Below, in pieces: positions 59,071 through 64,000 of a stretch of DNA of 64,000 bases; positions within the stretch are counted from its first letter, which is position 1; each line of letters begins with the position of its first letter. The notes under the pieces are model-generated. The model did not search any database and was not told where the DNA came from. It saw nothing but the letters and a program-made list of their open reading frames with translations. A program made the translations under genes and the position numbers. This DNA is from Pseudomonadota bacterium (GTDB lineage Bacteria; Pseudomonadota; Alphaproteobacteria; Paracaedibacterales; CAIOTO01). The stretch spans positions 62,001 to 126,000 of the forward strand of contig JAZKDQ010000003.1 of assembly GCA_040387495.1 (NCBI GenBank), read 5' to 3'.

Positions 59071-59451
59071 TTAAGCTTTTTTTGTAGTCGTTTTTTTAGG
59101 TGATGCAGTAACAGCATTAGCTGGTTCTGGCTTTGTAACAATGCTTGAGATTGTTGCACGTAGCACACGAACATTTACATTGTCAGCAATTTCAACAGTG
59201 ACTTCAGTCTCGCTATCTACTTTATGAACAACACCAATGATGCCACCACTTGTTATAACGCGATCACCTTTGCGAATACCTGCGATGGTTGCTTGGTGCT
59301 CTTTTGCTTTTTTTTGTTGCGGACGAATAAGTAAGAAATACATCACACCAAAAATAAGTACCATTGGTAGAAATTGGATAGGGTCAAAACCACCAGCGCT
59401 TGGCACTGTGGCAGCAGGTGAAGATGCAACGGCACTTGTAATCAAAAACAT
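59071..59451 (-). CDS. yajC: Preprotein translocase subunit YajC
   Basis: YFLLIRPQQKK, KGDRVITSGGIIG; GGAG RBS before ATG 59451. Confidence 0.96.
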   Translation of the reverse strand: MFLITSAVASSPAATVPSAGGFDPIQFLPMVLIFGVMYFLLIRPQQKKAKEHQATIAGIRKGDRVITSGGIIGVVHKVDSETEVTVEIADNVNVRVLRATISSIVTKPEPANAVTASPKKTTTKKA

Positions 59452-59587
59452 AAAATTATTTCTCCATTTATCGTTTAGGAACATATATAACTATATGATA
59501 CTTTAAACACATTTTTTAAAAAGAGCAAAGCTTTGTGTTGGATGCAGAGGGTAGTATTATTTACATGTGGTTGATGAGGTGTTCAAA

Positions 59588-61351
59588 TCAACCTTTGCTT
59601 GTTGATTGTTTCTTCCACAAACGAGCATATACACCGTCTTGTAATAGCAAATCATGGTGACCACCTGATTCAACAAGTTTTCCATGATCCAATACGTAAA
59701 TCCAGTCAGCATCAATAACAGTAGACAAACGATGCGCTACTAAGATAGTTGTTCTACCTTTCATCAATCGTGATAAGGCATCTTGAATTTGCCGCTCTGA
59801 ATCTGTGTCAAGCGCAGAAGTTGCTTCGTCAAGCAATAATATTGGAGCATCTTTTAACATTGCACGCGCAATAGCTATACGTTGCCGTTGACCGCCAGAT
59901 AATTTTACACCATTTTCACCAACGTGTGTGTCATATCCTTGGGGTAGGCGCTCGATAAATTCATGTGCGGCAGCAGATTTGGCTGCGCTTATAACCTCAT
60001 CCATCGAAACAGATTTCTCGGAATAGGCAATATTATCAAATATGCTGCGGTCAAACAGGGCAATTTCCTGACTGACGAGGGCAATACGTTTACGTAAATC
60101 AGCTATATCGAGTTCTTTTATATTTGCGCCATCAATAAGAATTTCACCTTGTGTTATATCGTAAAAACGAGGAAGTAAGTTAACAATCGTTGATTTTCCA
60201 GCACCGCTCGCACCAACCAACGCAATTGTTTGGCCTGGCTTTGCTTCAAACGATAAGTGATTCAGTACAATGCGTTTCTGATTTTGATAGTTGAATGTGA
60301 CATCACGAAATTCAATGTGTCCAGCTACGTGTTTTAGCGCCCGGGGATGCTGAATATTTTGAATTTCTGCTGGCATGTCTAAGATTTGGAGTACGCGATA
60401 CGATGCTGCAAGGCCTTCTTGTAAACGTGCATTTAAATTGCTCAAGCGTTTTAATGGGTCATAAACTAGTAACAACGCGGTTATGAATGATGCAAAATCA
60501 CCGGGTGTTCTAACCTTTTGCATGACTTCCCAGCCACCATAGGCCATGACACACGCAATCGCTAAGCCAGCCAAAATTTCCATAATAGGGTGTGATGCTG
60601 CCCTGATACGTGTTGCTTTGTAGATAAGATGAAAAATCGTATTGATTTGTTGCTCAATGCGATTTGCTTCAGCTTTTTCCATGCAATATGCTTTTACAAC
60701 GCGAATACCTTGAAATATTTGTGAAAGTTGATTCGTTAAAACCGCGTGTTGGTCTTGTGTATGAAATGTGACTTTACGCATACGCTTGCCAATTTTTAAA
60801 ATAGGAAATACGGCAATTGGAAATACAAAAAAGGCAATGATTGCAAGAGTGGGATCACGATGAAACATGAGTGTAATTAAACAGATAAGGGTAATCAAGT
60901 CTTTGCCAAGGTTGAGAAGTGTATTTTCCATAGCATTGCGCATCATGTTAACGTCGTTTGTAAAACGTGACAAAAGCTCTCCGCTTGGGGTGTTGTGAAA
61001 ATAAGCGAGATCTGATTTCATGAGCTGTTTAAATAAGCAATTTTGAATGTCTGAAATAATACGTTGCCCTACAAAAGTCATGACAACTGATTCTCCGTAT
61101 GAGGCTCCTCCTTTTACAACAAAGGTAAGGAAAACCGCTCCACAAGCCCATAAAAGTATATCTAGTTTTGGGTGTGCGAAACCATTATCAATGATAGGTT
61201 TCATCATATAAGCAAGTGAAGCAGTTGCAAGTGCAACTAATATCATAAAGAAAAGTGCAAGAATTAGCTTGGATTTGTAAGGTACAATAAACTCACGCAT
61301 AAGACGGCTAATAAGCTTGCGCGTCTCATGTTCTTTTACAAAGTGAAACAA
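59588..61351 (-). CDS. msbA: MsbA-like ABC exporter (fused TMD-NBD)
   Basis: GELLSRFTND, GASGAGKST, LSGGQRQR, LLLDEATSALD, AHRLST; TTG start. Confidence 0.85.
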   Translation of the reverse strand: MFHFVKEHETRKLISRLMREFIVPYKSKLILALFFMILVALATASLAYMMKPIIDNGFAHPKLDILLWACGAVFLTFVVKGGASYGESVVMTFVGQRIISDIQNCLFKQLMKSDLAYFHNTPSGELLSRFTNDVNMMRNAMENTLLNLGKDLITLICLITLMFHRDPTLAIIAFFVFPIAVFPILKIGKRMRKVTFHTQDQHAVLTNQLSQIFQGIRVVKAYCMEKAEANRIEQQINTIFHLIYKATRIRAASHPIMEILAGLAIACVMAYGGWEVMQKVRTPGDFASFITALLLVYDPLKRLSNLNARLQEGLAASYRVLQILDMPAEIQNIQHPRALKHVAGHIEFRDVTFNYQNQKRIVLNHLSFEAKPGQTIALVGASGAGKSTIVNLLPRFYDITQGEILIDGANIKELDIADLRKRIALVSQEIALFDRSIFDNIAYSEKSVSMDEVISAAKSAAAHEFIERLPQGYDTHVGENGVKLSGGQRQRIAIARAMLKDAPILLLDEATSALDTDSERQIQDALSRLMKGRTTILVAHRLSTVIDADWIYVLDHGKLVESGGHHDLLLQDGVYARLWKKQSTSKG

Positions 61352-61364
61352 TTTCTTATCTTTC

Positions 61365-62267
61365 TTATTTATTCTTTTTTACGGCTTCAGGCATGAAGTT
61401 TGATATGTTACGGATACATAAGCGTTTTACACGACGTGGATCCGCGTCTAAAATTTCAAACTCTAAGCCTTTTGGATGAGAAATAAGTTCGCCACGATTA
61501 GGCACGCGTCCAGCTAAGAATGCGACTAATCCGCTTAATGTGTCAATATTCTCGTCTTCATCAATTAGATTTAATTCGCGCCCTACCAATTCATCAAGCT
61601 CTTCAAATGTGCTACGTCCGTCGGCAATAATAGAGCCATCAGACTTCCAGTTTAATTGTGGTGCAGGGGATTGCTCGTTGTCACCTTCAATGTCACCGAT
61701 GATTTCTTCGATAAGTTGTGAAAATGTTACCAATCCGTCAACACCGCCGTATTCATCAACAACAACAGCTACTTTCATGCCGCTTTCACGCATCATTAAC
61801 AACAAATCAAGTGTACGCATTGCAGGAGAGATGAACATTACATCTTTTATAAGTGCTTTGAGCATGAATGGCTTTTTGCTGTAGATCCACGCAAGCATAT
61901 CTTTTATGTGAACCATGCCAATGACATGGTCTAGATTTTCATTAAAGACAATGAACCAAGAAATACCTGTTTTAACAAACTGATCCATAAGTTCAGTTTC
62001 CAATATGGAATCGGAAACGGCAATTACATCAGCACGTGGTATCATAATATCGTGCGCGGTTAAATCACGTAAACTTAGAACATTTTCAAGAAGCAGGCGT
62101 TCATCTGATTCAATGGACGGTACTTCTTCGTCGGTTTCTTCGATGAGCTCTTCTATTGTTTCGCGAAGGCTTGCATCATGCTCGCCTTTACGGCAATAAC
62201 GCCAAAAACGTTTAAAAAACCCGCGAAGAGTTTGTGTTTTTTGATGTCGTTCAGAGACTACATTCAT
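61365..62267 (-). CDS. corC: CorC/TlyC-family CBS-domain protein
   Basis: DIMIPR.D, VVDEYGG.DGLVT, EEIIGDI, DTLSG, DADPRR. Confidence 0.9.
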   Translation of the reverse strand: MNVVSERHQKTQTLRGFFKRFWRYCRKGEHDASLRETIEELIEETDEEVPSIESDERLLLENVLSLRDLTAHDIMIPRADVIAVSDSILETELMDQFVKTGISWFIVFNENLDHVIGMVHIKDMLAWIYSKKPFMLKALIKDVMFISPAMRTLDLLLMMRESGMKVAVVVDEYGGVDGLVTFSQLIEEIIGDIEGDNEQSPAPQLNWKSDGSIIADGRSTFEELDELVGRELNLIDEDENIDTLSGLVAFLAGRVPNRGELISHPKGLEFEILDADPRRVKRLCIRNISNFMPEAVKKNK

Positions 62268-62773
62268 AAAGATTCGATAACCTCGTATGGATTTGGGATT
62301 AATAATGTGGATAAAATATCAATTTCGAGCTGTTCCATTGCTGCTGCTTCAACTTCGTTTTCATGATCGAACCCAAGCAAATGCAGCAAGCCATGTACAA
62401 ACAAGTGATTTAAGTGGTTTTCAAAAGGTTTGTTTTGTTGGATAGCTTCTTCTCGAATTGTTTCCAGTGCAAAAATAATATCACCTAGCGGGATACTTTC
62501 AGTGCGGGGTAGTATCTGAAGCAAATCTTTGCAGTAACCCGAAAATGAAAGTACATTTGTTGGTTTATCTTTACCGCGATAAGTTTTATTAAGATCTTTT
62601 ACATAAGAATCATCTGTGAAGAGAACGCTAATTACACATTCTCTATCCCACTTTGCGGCGGACAAAGTCATTGCTGCAATTTTTTCGAACACACCTTTTT
62701 CTGGCAAAGGCCACCCGTCATGTTGACATATGAGTTCTACTGTAAATGCTTGCGGTATACTGTCACTATCCAT
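62264..62773 (-). CDS. ybeY: rRNA maturation endoribonuclease YbeY
   Basis: LN..YRGKDKPTNVLSF, LGDI, HGLLHLLGFDH. Confidence 0.97.
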   Translation of the reverse strand: MDSDSIPQAFTVELICQHDGWPLPEKGVFEKIAAMTLSAAKWDRECVISVLFTDDSYVKDLNKTYRGKDKPTNVLSFSGYCKDLLQILPRTESIPLGDIIFALETIREEAIQQNKPFENHLNHLFVHGLLHLLGFDHENEVEAAAMEQLEIDILSTLLIPNPYEVIESL

Positions 62774-63785
62774 TTATGTTTGAATCACGATCATATGCTT
62801 TTACAATTTTTGACACAAGCGGATGTCTTACAACATCTTCATCTGTAAATAAGGTAAAATCAATATCATCTATACCATTTAAAATACGCATAGCCTCTTG
62901 TAACCCAGATGTGGTGCCTCTGGGAAGATCTATTTGCGTTAAATCACCATTTATTACCATTCTAGCGTTGCTTCCAAGACGCGTTAAGAACATTTTCATC
63001 TGCATTGGGGTTGTATTTTGTGCTTCATCTAAAATTACAAATGCATTTGCTAGCGTTCGTCCACGCATGAAAGCTAGAGGCGCAATTTCAATTTCACCGC
63101 TTGCAATCATTTTTACCACTTGTTCTGGCGGTAACATATCATTTAAAGCATCGTATAAAGGACGAAGATACGGATCTACTTTTTCACGCATGTCACCAGG
63201 CAAGAAACCAAGGTGCTCGCCTGCTTCAACAGCTGGGCGTGATAAAATGATTTTATCAACTTTTCCACTTAATAATAAAGATACACCCGCTGCAACAGCG
63301 AGATATGTTTTGCCAGTACCTGCTGGCCCTATTCCAAACACCATATCAAACTTTTGCATAGCCTGGATGTACTGACTTTGTCTTTGTGTGCGCGGAAATA
63401 TAATACGTCGCTTTGTTTGAATAGAAACTTCACCATGAAGACCTGCATTTGATTCAGTTGATGTTTCTGTACCATTTTTTTCTGGTTTAAAAGTCGCATC
63501 ATCAGACATGTACGTATGCGATGCGTGATGAATTGCGGAATCAACTTCTGCAATATCAACCATCTGTTGCTTTTGCAGCTTTTGATAAAGGTAGAGAAGC
63601 GCTTTGCTGGCATAAGAAACTTCTGGTTCAGTACCTGTAATAGCAACATGGTTTCCACGCAGCGCAATGCTTATACCAAGACGTTGTTCAATTCGCAAAA
63701 TATGTTTATCTTGTGGACCTACTAATTCACTTAATAAATGATTATCAGAAAATTCTATTTGCTGTGTAAAATCACCTTTTGACAA
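62766..63785 (-). CDS. phoH: PhoH-family ATPase (YbeZ)
   Basis: GPAGTGKTYLA, RPAVEAGE.LGFLPG, LAFMRGRTL, ILDEAQN; TTG start. Confidence 0.96.
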   Translation of the reverse strand: MSKGDFTQQIEFSDNHLLSELVGPQDKHILRIEQRLGISIALRGNHVAITGTEPEVSYASKALLYLYQKLQKQQMVDIAEVDSAIHHASHTYMSDDATFKPEKNGTETSTESNAGLHGEVSIQTKRRIIFPRTQRQSQYIQAMQKFDMVFGIGPAGTGKTYLAVAAGVSLLLSGKVDKIILSRPAVEAGEHLGFLPGDMREKVDPYLRPLYDALNDMLPPEQVVKMIASGEIEIAPLAFMRGRTLANAFVILDEAQNTTPMQMKMFLTRLGSNARMVINGDLTQIDLPRGTTSGLQEAMRILNGIDDIDFTLFTDEDVVRHPLVSKIVKAYDRDSNING

Positions 63786-63841
63786 TGTAATTCTCCTATA
63801 GGTTGTTCATGCACTTAAATATTTCATTATAGCCTAATTTA

Positions 63842-64000
63842 TCAACTACTTTGCTTTGGGTTACCACTTGAAAACCCAGCTTCGAGGGCACCCATTGATG
63901 GTGCTCGTGCATCTTTTTCTGTAGAAAGCGTATTTGAAAGATTTGCTTGTGGCATTCCATCTGCAATTTTCTTTTCGATTTCTTCAATTCGAGTGGATTC
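63842..64000 (-). CDS. C-terminal fragment of an unidentified gene (window edge)
   Basis: Frame from 64000 reads ESTRIEEIEKKIADGMPQANLS...GNPKQSS* with TGA at 63842-63844. Confidence 0.5.
   Translation of the reverse strand, partial: ESTRIEEIEKKIADGMPQANLSNTLSTEKDARAPSMGALEAGFSSGNPKQSS

Noticed and set aside
62306..62314. Perfect DnaA box TGTGGATAA near corC, a rickettsial oriC marker gene
   Set aside because: Isolated and inside ybeY; no intergenic space and no skew change seen here.
63796..63987. 63-aa minus-strand ORF in the track
   Set aside because: An alternative frame running in from the window edge (stop at 63842) looks more like the real gene end.

Overview
AT-rich alphaproteobacterial chromosome segment. 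The gene set (ChpT, CycM, DUF3035/M16 pair, NDUFA12, AmpG, RPE-like palindromes, secreted LRR and orphan proteins, broken-up operons) suggests a Holosporales/Rickettsiales-like endosymbiont; that assignment is inference. The window is mostly housekeeping genes (accA, lspA, dnaA, ppiD, amn, ftsY, mtaB, ccmCDE, folE, hemJ, rho, trxB, tilS, grpE, lpxB, rph, gltX, nuoEF, hrcA, secDF-yajC, msbA, corC-ybeY-phoH) plus tRNA-Asn, -Phe and -Glu. Small accessory inserts are interspersed, several of them decaying. The most notable observations are: (1) a low-GC, translationally coupled 2-TM protein + HTH-less ImmA/IrrE zinc-peptidase cassette between nuoF and hrcA, a candidate new toxin-antitoxin/anti-phage module; (2) an APH-family phosphotransferase flanked by a 44-bp direct repeat that is itself a sigma70-like promoter; (3) a secreted 427-aa Gln/Ala tetrad-repeat protein with a 4-Cys tip; (4) a PlsC fused to a DUF2125-like periplasmic domain; (5) an origin-type GC-skew switch at about 6.3-7.9 kb just upstream of dnaA; (6) an unannotated 30-aa ccmD; (7) pseudogenes with in-frame stops or frameshifts (COG0523 GTPase, GIN-domain protein, MepB) and five different miniature palindromic elements. 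All product calls come from motif recognition by eye; no database search was run.
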